A stretch of 64,000 nucleotides of DNA, taken from NCBI GenBank assembly GCA_963758195.1, contig CAVWUH010000002.1:715618-779617 (forward strand), given 5' to 3'. Positions 9,699 to 20,434 of the stretch are shown here, in pieces. Below the pieces are notes generated by a model that did not search any database, was not told the origin of the DNA, and saw nothing but the letters and a program-made list of their open reading frames with translations. Within the stretch, counting starts at the first letter, position 1, and every line of letters starts with the position of its first letter. Made by a program: the position numbers and the translations under genes. The DNA is from an uncultured Acidobacteriota bacterium. GTDB taxonomy: Bacteria; Acidobacteriota; Thermoanaerobaculia; Gp7-AA8.

Positions 9699-10496
9699 AT
9701 GAACCTTCGTATGCTCGTCGTGTCTCTGCTCCTCGCCACGTCCGTCGCCGCGCAAACGTTCCAGCACGTCACGATCAAAGAGATCGACGCCGCCTCGGGT
9801 GTCGCGATCGCGATCGCAAAAGTGCCGCATGCCGCAGCCGCGTGGGCCGCATGGATCGTTCCGACGATGGGTCGTTCGGTCTACTGCAATCGCTGCACGC
9901 TCGACGGAAGGCACGGCGGCTTCACGATCTCTGACGATGACGGGATGCCGTTCACCTCGAAGCTCGTCCTCGTCGCCAGACTCGAAGACGGCAACCTGCG
10001 CCGCGTCCGCTTCTTCAACGCCGCCTGTCCGATCGAAGGAAACGGCGAGACCGTCTATCTGCTCACGAATGCCAGCGTCGAGAGCAGCATCGACTACCTC
10101 CGCTCCGGTCTGCGCGACGCCGACGAGGAAGGCCAGATCATCGCCGCCCTCTCACTCCACGAGCATCCATCTGTCGTGCCGCTGCTCATCGACCTCGCTC
10201 GCCACGACGCCAGCACGAAGATCCGCCGCGACGCTCTCTTCTGGCTCGGACAGAAAGCAGGCGAGAAAGCCGCCGCGGAACTGCGCCGCGCCGTTGACGA
10301 AGATCCGAACGAAGATGTCAAAGAACACGCCGTCTTCGCCATCTCCCAACTCCCCCGCGAACGCTCCGTCCCCATGCTCATCGATCTCGTGAAGACCCAC
10401 AAAAGCCGCGCCGTCCGCAAACGCGCCATGTTCTGGCTCGCACAAACGAATGATCCGCGCGCGCTCGATCTGATCGAAGAGATACTCGCGAAGTAA
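9699..10496 (+). CDS. secreted HEAT-repeat protein
   Basis: The start is set at MNLRMLVVSLLLATSVAAQ, which is a signal peptide. The upstream part of the long ORF translates a hairpin repeat. HEAT-like repeats (VRKRAMFWLAQTNDPRALDLIEEIL). Confidence 0.65.
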   Translation: MNLRMLVVSLLLATSVAAQTFQHVTIKEIDAASGVAIAIAKVPHAAAAWAAWIVPTMGRSVYCNRCTLDGRHGGFTISDDDGMPFTSKLVLVARLEDGNLRRVRFFNAACPIEGNGETVYLLTNASVESSIDYLRSGLRDADEEGQIIAALSLHEHPSVVPLLIDLARHDASTKIRRDALFWLGQKAGEKAAAELRRAVDEDPNEDVKEHAVFAISQLPRERSVPMLIDLVKTHKSRAVRKRAMFWLAQTNDPRALDLIEEILAK

Positions 10497-10502
10497 CCCT
10501 TT

Positions 10503-10560
10503 CTCCTCCGCGCCCTCCGCGCCTCCGCGTGAACCGTTTCTCACGCGGAGACGCGGAGAG
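10503..10560. repeat. Heptamer-repeat hairpin H4 (cctccgc units)
   Basis: ctcctccgcgccctccgcgcctccgcgtgaaccgtttctcacgcggagacgcggagag. The same unit type occurs in H16 and H17. Confidence 0.7.
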
Positions 10561-10573
10561 ATACCATTCGCTG

Positions 10574-11167
10574 ATGCGAATTCTCGTCATCGGCTCCCAC
10601 GGCCTCATCGGCAGCGCCATCGTCGCCGCGCTCTCCCCTGACCACGAAGTCCTCGGCGCCAGCCGCAGCAACGCTGCCATTCACGTCGACATCACCGATC
10701 CCGCATCCATCCGCTCGATGTACGAAAAGACCGGACCACTCGACGCCGTCATCAGCGCCGCCGGCAGCGGCGCCTGGAAACCACTCGCCGACCTCACCGA
10801 CGAAGACTTCAGCAACACCCTCGGCTACAAGCTCATGGGCCAGGTCAACGTCATCCGCTATGGCTTCGCCCACGTCCGCGACGGCGGCTCCATCACGACC
10901 ACCAGCGGCATCCTCTCCCGCAACCCCGTCCCCCACGGCGCCGCCATCAGCCTCGTCAACTCCGGCCTCGAAGGCTTCACCCGCGCCGCCGCCCTCGAAG
11001 CCCCCCGCGGCATCCGCGTCAACGTCGTCGCCCCACCCTGGGTCACCGAAACCCTCATCGCCATGGGCAGCACCGACCTCTCCCACGGATTGCCCGCCGC
11101 CAAAGTCGCCGAGGCCTACGTGCGCAGCGTGATGGGGAAAGAGACGGGACAGGTGATCGATCCGTAG
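10574..11167 (+). CDS. SDR-family NAD(P)-dependent oxidoreductase
   Basis: N-terminal ILVIGSHGLIGSAIV dinucleotide-binding motif and an SDR-like core. The start is chosen after hairpin 10503-10560. Confidence 0.75.
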   Translation: MRILVIGSHGLIGSAIVAALSPDHEVLGASRSNAAIHVDITDPASIRSMYEKTGPLDAVISAAGSGAWKPLADLTDEDFSNTLGYKLMGQVNVIRYGFAHVRDGGSITTTSGILSRNPVPHGAAISLVNSGLEGFTRAAALEAPRGIRVNVVAPPWVTETLIAMGSTDLSHGLPAAKVAEAYVRSVMGKETGQVIDP

Positions 11168-11225
11168 AAGTCAACAACGGACGTGCGGCGGCGATCCCTT
11201 GCACATCCCTGTTAGCATTGGACCC

Positions 11226-11435
11226 ATGAGCGAATACACCGCAATCGTGCAGCAAACGGGCGACTGGTGGATCGGCTGGATCGAGGAAGTCCCCGGCGTG
11301 AATTGTCAGGAACAAACGCGCGAGGAATTGCTCGAGACCCTTCGAATCACGTTGAGCGAAGCTCTTGAAACGAATCGTGCCGATGCCCGCCTCGCAGCGG
11401 CGGTCGGCTTCGAGGAAATCCGCATCGCCGTATGA
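11226..11435 (+). CDS. hicB: HicB-family antitoxin (UPF0150)
   Basis: YTAIVQQTGDWWIGWIEEVPGVNCQ is the typical HicB N-terminal domain. It overlaps hicA by 4 nt. Confidence 0.7.
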   Translation: MSEYTAIVQQTGDWWIGWIEEVPGVNCQEQTREELLETLRITLSEALETNRADARLAAAVGFEEIRIAV

Positions 11436-11626
11436 AGAGGCGCGCCGTCGACCGCTGGTTGGCGGAGCATGGCTGCGAGCTCGATCGAGAAGGCAGTCGT
11501 CACTCCTGGGTCATCAATCGTGTGCTGAACCGACGCTCCGCCGTCCCACGCCATGCCGAGATCCGCGACGAGCTCGTTCGCAAGATCTGCCGTGACCTCG
11601 GCATCGACCCACCCGAGCACACGTGA
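11432..11626 (+). CDS. hicA: HicA-family mRNA-interferase toxin
   Basis: 64 aa with the YcfA/HicA pattern (LAEHGCELDREGSRHSWVINRVLNRRSAVPRHAEIRDELVRKICRDLGI). Confidence 0.75.
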   Translation: MKRRAVDRWLAEHGCELDREGSRHSWVINRVLNRRSAVPRHAEIRDELVRKICRDLGIDPPEHT

Positions 11627-11996
11627 TGGGCGGCGGGCTTCTGTGTGGTGCTGGCCGCCCTCGGCCGGCAGCGCGTGCATCATGCAGAGCGATCGAGAAA
11701 CACATAAGACTCGACTGCACATGACCGACCCAAAGAACAGGACGTGTCAGCCGCACGGGAGGACGACCGAGGCGGCCGAGAAGTCGAGATCGCGTTGTAG
11801 ACGAAGATTACGGGCCATCATCTCGACACCGTTGTGCGCCGTACAGCGCGCGGCTCATTCGCCTTCAGCCGAAGAACCTGCTAGCGCATCGCGCTACGCA
11901 CCACGTTGTTCCCACCTCGGGTGCCTCCTTCGACATTCGGATAGCGATCGAGAGTGTCACAGCCGGAACGTCGTGATCTGACCCTTTCCCCACCCT

Positions 11997-12112
11997 CGGC
12001 GGCGAGACGCCGCCGTTCCAGCCGCCGAGACGGCGGCGGTCCACACCGCGATTCTCGGACCGCTGGCGTCCTCGCCGGCTGGGCGAGCGGCGTCTCGCCG
12101 CTCGCGCGCGCG
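11997..12112. repeat. Family-2 element, copy b (halves in permuted order: B, spacer, A)
   Basis: The second half (ccagccgccgagacggcggcggtcca) precedes the first half (ggaccgctggcgtcctcgccggctgggcgagcggcgtctcgccgctcgcg). Lies just 3' of the histidine kinase gene. Confidence 0.8.
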
Positions 12113-12113
12113 C

Positions 12114-13358
12114 CTAGAACTCGATTGTGAAGTCCGCCCCGCCCTCCGCCCTGCTCTTGAGCGCGAACGCCAGGCCGTGATTGGCGAGGATGTCGTGGAC
12201 GATGGTGAGGCCGAGGCCGCGGCCGTCACGTTTGGTGGTGAAGAAGGGGGTGAAGAGTTCAGAACGGATCGCGTCGGCGATGCCGGGGCCGCTGTCGGCG
12301 ATGCTCAAGACGCCGTCGCGAAACGTGATGCGCAGAGCGCCGTCGCGACCGATGGCGTCGATGGCGTTGCGGACAATGTTGAGGATGACTTGCTCGATCT
12401 GGCTGGCGTCGACGTCGTATTCACGTCGATCCGCGAGATCGAGCTCGATGGCGATGCCGCGCTCCTGGAGCTCGGGGCGCATGAGGGCGGCGATGCGTTC
12501 GCAGAGATCGGCGATGCGCGCGGGGGAGCGTCGCGGCGCGGGGATGCGGACGACGTCGGCGAAGGCGCTCATGAAGCGATTCAGCGCGTCGATGCGCGCC
12601 GAGGCGATGGTCAACGCGCCGCGGAAGTCTTCGCGATCCGCTTCTCCGACCTGCGGGGCGTAGCGCAGCGACGATTCGAGCAGCGAGCGCACGGCGCCGA
12701 CGGAGTTGTTGACCTCGTGCGACATCATGCGAATCAGCTTCTCGTACGCCGACTTCTCGGAGACGCGCAGCTCCTCGGTCATCTCTTCGAGGAGATAGAA
12801 CGTCTTGGCGAAGCCGCGATCGCGGAACTCGGCGCGGCTGACTTTCATTCGCCGCGCGCCGAGGTGCGTGAGGAGGCGCGAGGCACCGGCGGGAATCGAC
12901 TCGAGTTGCTCGCGCAGCTCTGCGGTCATCATGCGCTCCGCCGCGGGGTTCATCTGTTCAATGCGGCCGTCGAAGTCGCAGATCACGATCCCCGCCGGCG
13001 AGGCGGCCACGATTTTCTGCAGCAACTGATGCTGTTCCTCGGCGGCGAGGCGTTCCTCGCGCAGCCGGTCGATCATGCGGTTGTAGACGTCGATGAGCGT
13101 GTCCATCTCCGTCTGCCCGACCGGCGCGAGGCGCGACGTGAAGTCGCGCTCGGCGATCAGCTCCGCACCGGTCTGGATGAGATCGAGCGGCACGAACAGC
13201 ACGCGCACCAGGCGAAAGCTGATGATCACCGACAGCACGAACAGCCCCTCGACGACGAACAGCAGCTCTGTCTGTTCGAGCAGAAACGCCAGCGACGCCC
13301 CCGCGAGGACCGCGTGCAGGGCGATGAAGTAGAGCAGGATTTTGCCGCGTAAGGTCAT
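12114..13358 (-). CDS. PAS-domain sensor histidine kinase (NtrY/ZraS-like)
   Basis: Two transmembrane helices, a HAMP/PAS region, an H-box (RMMSHEVNNSVGAV), and N/G1/G2 boxes (NIVRNAIDA, DSGPGI, GRGLGL). Confidence 0.85.
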   Translation of the reverse strand: MTLRGKILLYFIALHAVLAGASLAFLLEQTELLFVVEGLFVLSVIISFRLVRVLFVPLDLIQTGAELIAERDFTSRLAPVGQTEMDTLIDVYNRMIDRLREERLAAEEQHQLLQKIVAASPAGIVICDFDGRIEQMNPAAERMMTAELREQLESIPAGASRLLTHLGARRMKVSRAEFRDRGFAKTFYLLEEMTEELRVSEKSAYEKLIRMMSHEVNNSVGAVRSLLESSLRYAPQVGEADREDFRGALTIASARIDALNRFMSAFADVVRIPAPRRSPARIADLCERIAALMRPELQERGIAIELDLADRREYDVDASQIEQVILNIVRNAIDAIGRDGALRITFRDGVLSIADSGPGIADAIRSELFTPFFTTKRDGRGLGLTIVHDILANHGLAFALKSRAEGGADFTIEF

Positions 13359-13439
13359 GAGCGAGTCGCCGAGTCTACGAGTCGCCGAGTTGACAAGGGA
13401 GCCGCGGCTTCTCGCCGACTGGACGACTCGGCGACTCGA

Positions 13440-14814
13440 CTACTCCCCCAGTCCATACTTCTCCATCCTCCGATACAACGCCGCGCGCGAAATCCCCAGC
13501 GCCTCGGCGACGCGGGAGATGTTGCCTTCGTAGTGCTGCATGCACTTCACGATCATGCGCTTCTCCATCTCGTCGAGGGTGATCGTCCCAGCGTCGGGAA
13601 GAGCGACGTTGCGATGGTCGCCGCCGCCGGACGAGGCGTCGCGGACGGCGAAGAAATCGTCGACGTCGAGCTCGCGGCCGCCGCGGATCAGCACCGCGCG
13701 CTCGATGGTCTGGCGGAGCTGGCGGATGTTGCCCGGCCAGTTCTGCGACTTGAGCCATTCCATCGCCCGCGGCGAGATCGATTGCACGTCGGTGCGGTAG
13801 ACCTCGTTCGCGAGTCGCAGGAAATGATTCGCGAGTCGCGGCACATCGCCGCGGCGATCGCGCAGCGGTGGAAGATGGATGTTGATGAGGTTCAAGCGAT
13901 AGAGCAGGTCCTCGCGGAACTCGCCGCGCTGCACGAGCTCGTGCAGCGGACGATTCGTCGCCGCGATGACGCGCAGATCGACGGTGCGCGGGCGACTCGA
14001 GCCGAGCACTTCAAACGTCCGGTCCTGCAGCACGCGCAGCAGCTTCACCTGCGACGAGCCGTCGAGCTCGCCGATCTCATCGAGAAAAATCGATCCGCCG
14101 TCCGCGGTCTCGAATCGCCCGCGCCGCGTTTCGCGCGCGTCGGTGAACGCGCCGCGGACGTGGCCGAACATTTCGCTCTCGAACAGCGTCGACGAAATGC
14201 CGCCGAGGTTCACTTTCACGAACGGACCGCCGCGGCGCCGGCTGTTGCGATGCACGGCTTCGGCGATCAGCTCCTTGCCCGTGCCGCTCTCGCCGGTGAT
14301 CAGCACCGACGCTTCGGTCGGCGCGACGCGGCCGATCATCTCCAGGATGCGGATGCATCTTCGCGTCGCTGCCGATGATGTTCGAGAAGTCCCACTGCTC
14401 GTCGAGCTCCGCGCGCGTCGGATCTTTCTCCGCGACGCGCACGTCGGCGAGATTGAGCGCGGTCTCGACCGACTGCAGCACCGTCGCGTTGACCCACGGC
14501 TTGGTGATGAAGTCGGCCGCGCCGCGTTTCATCCCTTCGACGGCGAGCTGAATCGATCCCCACGCCGTCATCAGAATCACCGGCATCGCCGGTTCCTCGG
14601 CGTGAATGCGCTCGATGAGATCGAGCCCTTCCTCGCCGCCGGTCTGGCGGCTGAAGTTCATGTCCTGAATCACCAGCCGCGGCTTCGCGCGCCGCATCTC
14701 CGCCAGCGCCTCCATCGGCGTGTGCGCCGACACCGTCGCATAGCCGTGCTGCTTGAGCAGCAGCGCGAGCGATGCCGTGATGGAGGTGTCGTCGTCGACG
14801 ATCAGAATGGACAT
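13440..14814 (-). CDS. sigma-54-dependent Fis-family (NtrC-type) response regulator, carrying a single frameshift
   Basis: REC domain (ILIVDDD...LVIQDMNF). AAA+ sigma-54 activator domain (GESGTGKE, the GAFTGA-like motif GHVRGAFTDA, RVIAATN). C-terminal Fis helix-turn-helix. Deleting one extra C in 'gcatccgcatcc' near 14340 restores the frame (IIGSDAKMHRILEMIGRVAPT). Confidence 0.85.
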
Positions 14815-14820
14815 GCCGTT

Positions 14821-14896
14821 GGTAGACGGTCGACAGGTGACAGTAGACAGGAGTGAGCCCCCGCTCACGAGCCCTGTCACCCGTCACCCGTCTACC
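14821..14896. repeat. Heptamer-repeat hairpin H5 (gacaggt units)
   Basis: gacaggtgacagtagacagg ... cctgtcacccgtcacccgtctacc. Lies between the permease 3' end and the ntrC-type start. Confidence 0.7.
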
Positions 14897-16091
14897 TCAT
14901 TCGTATCTCAACGCATCCGCCGGTTGCAGGCGCGATGCGAGCCAGCTCGGGTATAGACCGCAAAGTACCGTGAGCGCGTAAATCGTCGCAAGAGCGAGGG
15001 CGAAGCCGCTGCTGAAGGCGGCAGGGGTCACGATCGTGAAGGCGCCGAGGATCGGGAGCTGGAGGACGATGACACTGCCGACGATCAGCGCGATCGTCGT
15101 CAGCAGCATGACCTCGAGCAGGATCTGGCGATTCACCTGCTTGCCGGACGCGCCCATCGCGCGGCGTACACCGATCTCGCGCGTCCGCTTCGTCACGTTC
15201 TGCCAGAGCACGCCGGTGAGTCCCAGCGCGACCATCGAGATCAGAAAGAGCGCGACGATTCCGCCGGCGACGAGAGGCGCGAGACGGAACCGCAGAGCCT
15301 CGTCGCGCGTCTGGGCCATCGGACGCGCGCGGAACGATCGGTCGGGCGCGATGCGCTGCATCCGCTCGATGAGCGCCTGCTCGAACACCGCGGGCGTGCC
15401 GGGACGCACGCGAACCATGATGTTCCGGATCAATCCGCCGAACTTGTGATTCGGCATGTAACGCAGGAAAACCATGTCGCGCCGGCGACTGCACCTCGCC
15501 GTCTTTGCGGTACGACTGCACGACTCCGACGACGCGGAACGAATCCTTGTCGTCACGCATCTGGATCTTCTGTCCGATCGGATTGGCGTTCCCGAACAGA
15601 TGTTCCGCGGCGGTCTCATCGAGCACTGCCGGGTGATACTGCGCCGCGTCATCCTCGGCGTTGAAGAAGCGTCCCTTGACGACCTTCATCCGCATGACCT
15701 TCGCAAAATCATCCGTGACATCGTCCACGAGCATGTGCACCGATTTCCCGTTGATCTCGGTGCCCCACTCCTGCGTCGAAAACATATAGGGAGGCGTGTT
15801 CGACCCCGCCACCGCTTCGACCTGCGGGAACGAACGGATCTCGCTGAGCAGCCGCATGAGCGTTTCATGTACGCGCGGGTCGGGCTCCTGACCGATGTGC
15901 ATCTCGACGTCGGCGCGCACGCTCCAGACGTCGTGCCAGTCATAGCCGAGGGGACGCATCCAGTTCGAGATGAACGTGATCGCGCCGGTGATCACCGCGA
16001 AGATCACCAGGAAAGAGACGAAGATCTCGGCGACGATCAGCGCGTTCGCGCGCTTGCGGTTCCAGACCAGCTTGAGCAGATGACGAATCAT
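14897..16091 (-). CDS. ABC transporter permease (FtsX/MacB-like), frameshifted
   Basis: N-terminal transmembrane helix with MIRHLLKLVWNRKRANALIVAEIFVSF, then a large periplasmic domain. The C-terminal FtsX domain (LISMVALGLTGVLWQNVTKRTREIGVRRAMGAS...LQPADALRYE) lies in a second frame. The frameshift is near 15650. Confidence 0.8.
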
Positions 16092-17337
16092 TGCGCACCT
16101 CCACGAAGAGCATTGACCGGTTGCATGCGCGCCATCCTCCACGCCGGGTACACGCCGGAGAAGACGCCGAACAGCGCCGCCAGCAGCATTCCGTAGCGCG
16201 AAGATGCGCAGGTTGATGTCGAAGACGGCGTTCGGAAGAAGGTCCGCGCGCGTGATCGCGCTCAGTGCGATCACCGAGAGCACGAAGCCGATCGCTCCGC
16301 CGATGATCGTGAGCACGACGTTCTCGAGCACGAACTGGCCGATGAGCGCGCGCGACGAGGCACCGAAGGCCTTGCGCACGCCGATCTCGGAGGAGCGCTC
16401 CATGATGCGGCTGAGATTGATGCTGACGAGATTCATCGTCGGCAGGGAGATGAACAGCAGCACAAGGATGAGCATGATCAGGCGCACCATCCGGGCGTGC
16501 TCGGCCGCGCTCATCCGATCGTTGAAGTGGAACGTCACCGCAAACGCTTCGAACTGCGTATTGAGCGAGACCACCAGACGGTTCTGCGTTTTCGGATCGT
16601 CGAAGACGAAGTGCGTGATGCGCTCATTGAACTCGCGGCGCAGCGTCGGAAAGTCGGCCGTGCTGCGCGCGAGAACGACGGCGTTGTACTGGCCCATGTT
16701 CTGCGTCTTCCACCCGGAAGTCTTCTGGGTCATGTTCGGAACCCAGATGTCGCTGAACCCGGCAGTGCGAAGCGACGGGCACATCCTCGACGACGCCGAT
16801 CACGCGAAAGCGTTGTCCATCGACTTCGAACGGCTGCCCGATCGCCGGACCCTTGTCGAAGAGCTGCCGGCGCATGTCCCGGCTGATGACCGCGACGTGA
16901 TTGGCGTTGTCGTCATCGGCCTGCGTGTACGGACTGCCCTCGAGGAACTTGAAGTCGAGGACGTTCCAATACGCGCCGTCAGTCCATCGCATCCGCGTCT
17001 CGATCTTCTTTCCGCGGTGGTACAACACGACGCGATCCGAGTCGCTGAAGAACGTCGTCTTCTCCGCAGCCGCGAGGCCTCGCACGTACTTGTCGAGGAA
17101 GCCGTAACCCGGATTGCCGGTGAAGCCTCCCTCCTTGCCGTAGATGCCGATGGTGTAGATGACCAGCGCCCGATCGAACCGCGATTCCGGAGCACGCGGC
17201 GCGAAGACGTTGTCCATCACCGCCGTCGCGACCATCAGCACGACGAGCGTGAGGCTGATGCCGAAGAGCGAGATGAAGGTAAAGAACTTGCGGCGGCCGA
17301 GGACCTTGAGGGCGATTTTGATGTAGTTCGTAATCAT
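16088..17337 (-). CDS. ABC transporter permease (FtsX/MacB-like), with at least two frameshifts
   Basis: MITNYIKIALKVLGRRKFFTFISLFGISLTLVVLMV N-terminus. The FtsX domain IGVRKAFGASSRALIGQFVLEN is in another frame, and the C-terminus YPAWRMARMQPVNALRGGAQ is in a third. Its stop overlaps the next permease start (ATGA). Confidence 0.8.
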
Positions 17338-17350
17338 GTGTGTCTCCGTG

Positions 17351-17458
17351 TAATCAGTATCACTGATCGCTGATCGCTGATCGCTTGCGAGCTCGCGAGG
17401 CACGCGACTGGTCCTGTGACGCACTGCGATACTGCAGATCAACCAGTCAACCAGTCAC
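17351..17458. repeat. Heptamer arrays H6 ((ctgatcg)3 and (caaccagt)2), within the operon between the ABC ATPase and permease genes
   Basis: cactgatcgctgatcgctgatcgc ... gcgatactgcagatcaaccagtcaaccagtcacc. The arms are only partly complementary. Confidence 0.55.
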
Positions 17459-17463
17459 CGCTC

Positions 17464-18129
<666 letters not shown>

Positions 18130-18150
18130 TGGTGATTCCTCCATTCATTT

Positions 18151-18266
18151 AGATCGCAGATCGCAGATCGCAGATCGCGGATCGCAGGAGAAACAAACCA
18201 CGAAGGTCGCACGTGCAGTGGCAGCCTTCGGTCGTCGCTGCGTTCTGCGACCTGCGTTCTGCGATC
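18151..18266. repeat. Heptamer arrays H7 ((agatcgc)5 and (tgcgttc)2 plus gcgatct), within the operon between the MFP and ATPase genes
   Basis: agatcgcagatcgcagatcgcagatcgcggatcgc ... tgcgttctgcgacctgcgttctgcgatct. GATC recurs every 7 nt. Confidence 0.6.
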
Positions 18267-19508
18267 TCATTTCAGTCGTACCTTCTTCACCGCATCGAAC
18301 TCCGTCATGTCCGAGATCACCAGCTCGTCGCCTTCCTTCACGCCGTTCTCGATCTCGATGGCATCCTCGCTGCCGAGACCGAAGCGGATGGGGATGCGCA
18401 CCGCGTCGTCGCCGCGGATCACGAAGGCGTGATCGGTGCTCGTGCGTCCCAGCGCGCCGCGCCGCGCCATCAGCACATTCGCCCTGCGGCCGGTCACGAC
18501 GGCGACGTCGACGCGCAGGTTGTTGCGCAGCAGCGGATGCGACGGCTGATCGAGCGTGATGGAAAAACGCACGACGCCATCGACGATGCGCGGATCGACG
18601 CTGTCGATCACACCGCCGATGGTCGCGTTGTCGAGCTTCACCTGGGCGCGCATCCCCGCGGAAAGCCGCGCCGCATGGATGTCGGAGATCGAAGCATCGA
18701 CGCGATACGCCGACAGATCAGCGATGCGCGCCAGGATGTCGCCGCGGCGAATCGTCGCGCCGACCTCGCTGACGATCGACGTCAGCACGCCGTCGCGATC
18801 GGCGCGGAGCATGGCCAGCTCGAGCTGCCGCTTCGACTCATCGCGATCGCGGCGCGCCGTGCTGACGTCCGCCTGCGACGCAGCGAGCTGCATATCGCGC
18901 GAGCGCAACGCCCGCGTCAACGCTTCCTGCAGCTGGCGCAGCTCGATGTCGCTCTTCTTCGCCGCCGCGCCCGCGGCCAGCGCGTCCTGTTCGGCGATGA
19001 GTCCATCGGCGCGGAGCTTCGTCTTCTGCTCCGCCGTGTAATGCACGATCTGCGCGTCGAGCTTCTTCTGTTCGATCTGCGCCTTGAGATTCTCGATCGT
19101 CTCTTCGAGCCGCAGCCGCAGCTCCGCGCTCGTATTCTCGAGCTGCGTCACACGATCGTCGAGGCGAGCGGCATCGAGACGCGACGCCGAGGTATCGAGC
19201 GTCAGCAGCTCATCACCGATGCGCACGTGATCGCCGGCGCGGCGCCCGACGCGCAACACCCGCGCCTCGACCGGACTCGAAACGACCTGCTCGATGAGCG
19301 GCACCACCGAACCGTTGGCCTGCACCGTCGCCTCGACGGCCCCACGCTCGACGCGCGCCGTCTGAATCGCATCGCGCTGCATCGAAGGCCGCAGCCACTC
19401 GACCGTCGACGCCAGAAAAAACGCCGCCGCCGCCAGCGCGACAACAATCACGACCACGCGCCGCAAGACAACCCGCCGCCTGACTTCCGGAGTGATCTCG
19501 ACATCCAT
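18267..19508 (-). CDS. HlyD/MacA-family periplasmic adaptor (membrane fusion protein)
   Basis: N-terminal transmembrane anchor, long coiled-coil region (LENTSAELRLRLEETIENLKAQIEQKKLD...), and beta-barrel/lipoyl motifs. It is the first gene of the ABC efflux operon. Confidence 0.85.
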   Translation of the reverse strand: MDVEITPEVRRRVVLRRVVVIVVALAAAAFFLASTVEWLRPSMQRDAIQTARVERGAVEATVQANGSVVPLIEQVVSSPVEARVLRVGRRAGDHVRIGDELLTLDTSASRLDAARLDDRVTQLENTSAELRLRLEETIENLKAQIEQKKLDAQIVHYTAEQKTKLRADGLIAEQDALAAGAAAKKSDIELRQLQEALTRALRSRDMQLAASQADVSTARRDRDESKRQLELAMLRADRDGVLTSIVSEVGATIRRGDILARIADLSAYRVDASISDIHAARLSAGMRAQVKLDNATIGGVIDSVDPRIVDGVVRFSITLDQPSHPLLRNNLRVDVAVVTGRRANVLMARRGALGRTSTDHAFVIRGDDAVRIPIRFGLGSEDAIEIENGVKEGDELVISDMTEFDAVKKVRLK

Positions 19509-19627
19509 ACGCCGCTCGCCTATCGCGAAGGACGTACCAAGGTCGCGCGCAGTGTTTTCAACGAGTTAGCGCCAGCGAGTCGTTCGCAATCGCACGACGT
19601 GTCCGATAACGAACAGTGGAGGGCCGA

Positions 19628-19672
19628 CGGAGCGCAGGCATCCTGCCTGCCTGGAAGGCTGCGCTCCGTCAC
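19628..19672. repeat. short hairpin related to family 5 (GACGGAGCGCAGGC...GCTGCGCTCCGTC), terminator-like
   Basis: Perfect 13-bp stem lying 3' of the secreted-protein gene at 19669. Confidence 0.55.
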
Positions 19673-20283
19673 TCCCCGTAGTCGAGGATCATCAAGTACA
19701 CGTACGGATTCACGGCGCGCATCGCCGGATTGCCCGACGAGAACTCGTTGTCGCCGCCGAGGCGCTCTTCGTATTGCGATGGGCGCGCGGGATCGGGTTG
19801 CAGTCGCGCGCCGAAGGTGCACGGACCGCTGGCGTCCAGCGCTCCGCCCGACCAATCGGTGACCGTACCGGCGTAATCCCAATCAAAGCCGAGCAGACGG
19901 AACGTACCGCCGTTCATCCGCTCGAGCTGCAGCAGCGTCGTGCCGAGGGTGACGCCCTTCAACGTACGCCACTCGCTCCGATTCCAGTCCGCGGCATCGC
20001 CGACGCGCACGGTCGCGGGCCAACGACGAACCTTCGGCTTCTTCCAGAGGATCTCGATCCGCTTCGCCCGATCGTTCGGATAGACGATCGTCCCTGGCTC
20101 CGACTGCCCTTCGCCGACATACACGTCGCCGACGACGACATTGGCCGCGCCGAAATACGACGCCAGCGAGGCGTGACTCGCGCCCGGCGCGAGAGGACCG
20201 GTACACGCGAAACGCAACTGCGCCGCGGCGGCGGATGTGATCAAGGCGAGGGCGAGCGAGAAGATGGCAAGCGGGCGCGACAT
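19669..20283 (-). CDS. secreted hypothetical protein
   Basis: The start is set at MSRPLAIFSLALALITSAAAAQ, which is a signal peptide. The upstream part of the 465-aa ORF is antisense junk. No domain recognised. Confidence 0.45.
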   Translation of the reverse strand: MSRPLAIFSLALALITSAAAAQLRFACTGPLAPGASHASLASYFGAANVVVGDVYVGEGQSEPGTIVYPNDRAKRIEILWKKPKVRRWPATVRVGDAADWNRSEWRTLKGVTLGTTLLQLERMNGGTFRLLGFDWDYAGTVTDWSGGALDASGPCTFGARLQPDPARPSQYEERLGGDNEFSSGNPAMRAVNPYVYLMILDYGE

Positions 20284-20332
20284 GGGATGGGCATTGTAGT
20301 GTCGGCGCGACTTGCGCACGCTGCAATCTCCT

Positions 20333-20434
20333 GTCATCCCGAGCGTCGAGCGAGGGACCTGGGCGGGCGGGTGGCAGAAGGAGCGTGCCTCGTGCCGCTC
20401 GCCACCCAGGTCCCTCGCTACGCTCGGGATGACA
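20333..20434. repeat. Family-4 ~100-bp palindrome (TGTCATCCCGAGCGTCGAGCGAGGGACCTGGG...CCCAGGTCCCTCGCTNCGCTCGGGATGACA), copy 1
   Basis: Perfect long inverted arms with a variable centre. Three copies in the window. Confidence 0.85.

Noticed and set aside
19509-19668. Sigma-54 (-24/-12) promoter upstream of the efflux operon for the downstream NtrC-type regulator
   Set aside because: I scanned both strands for TGGCAC-N5-TTGC. The best candidate (ctGGcgctaactcgTTga) lacks the GC of the -12 element, so I did not call it.
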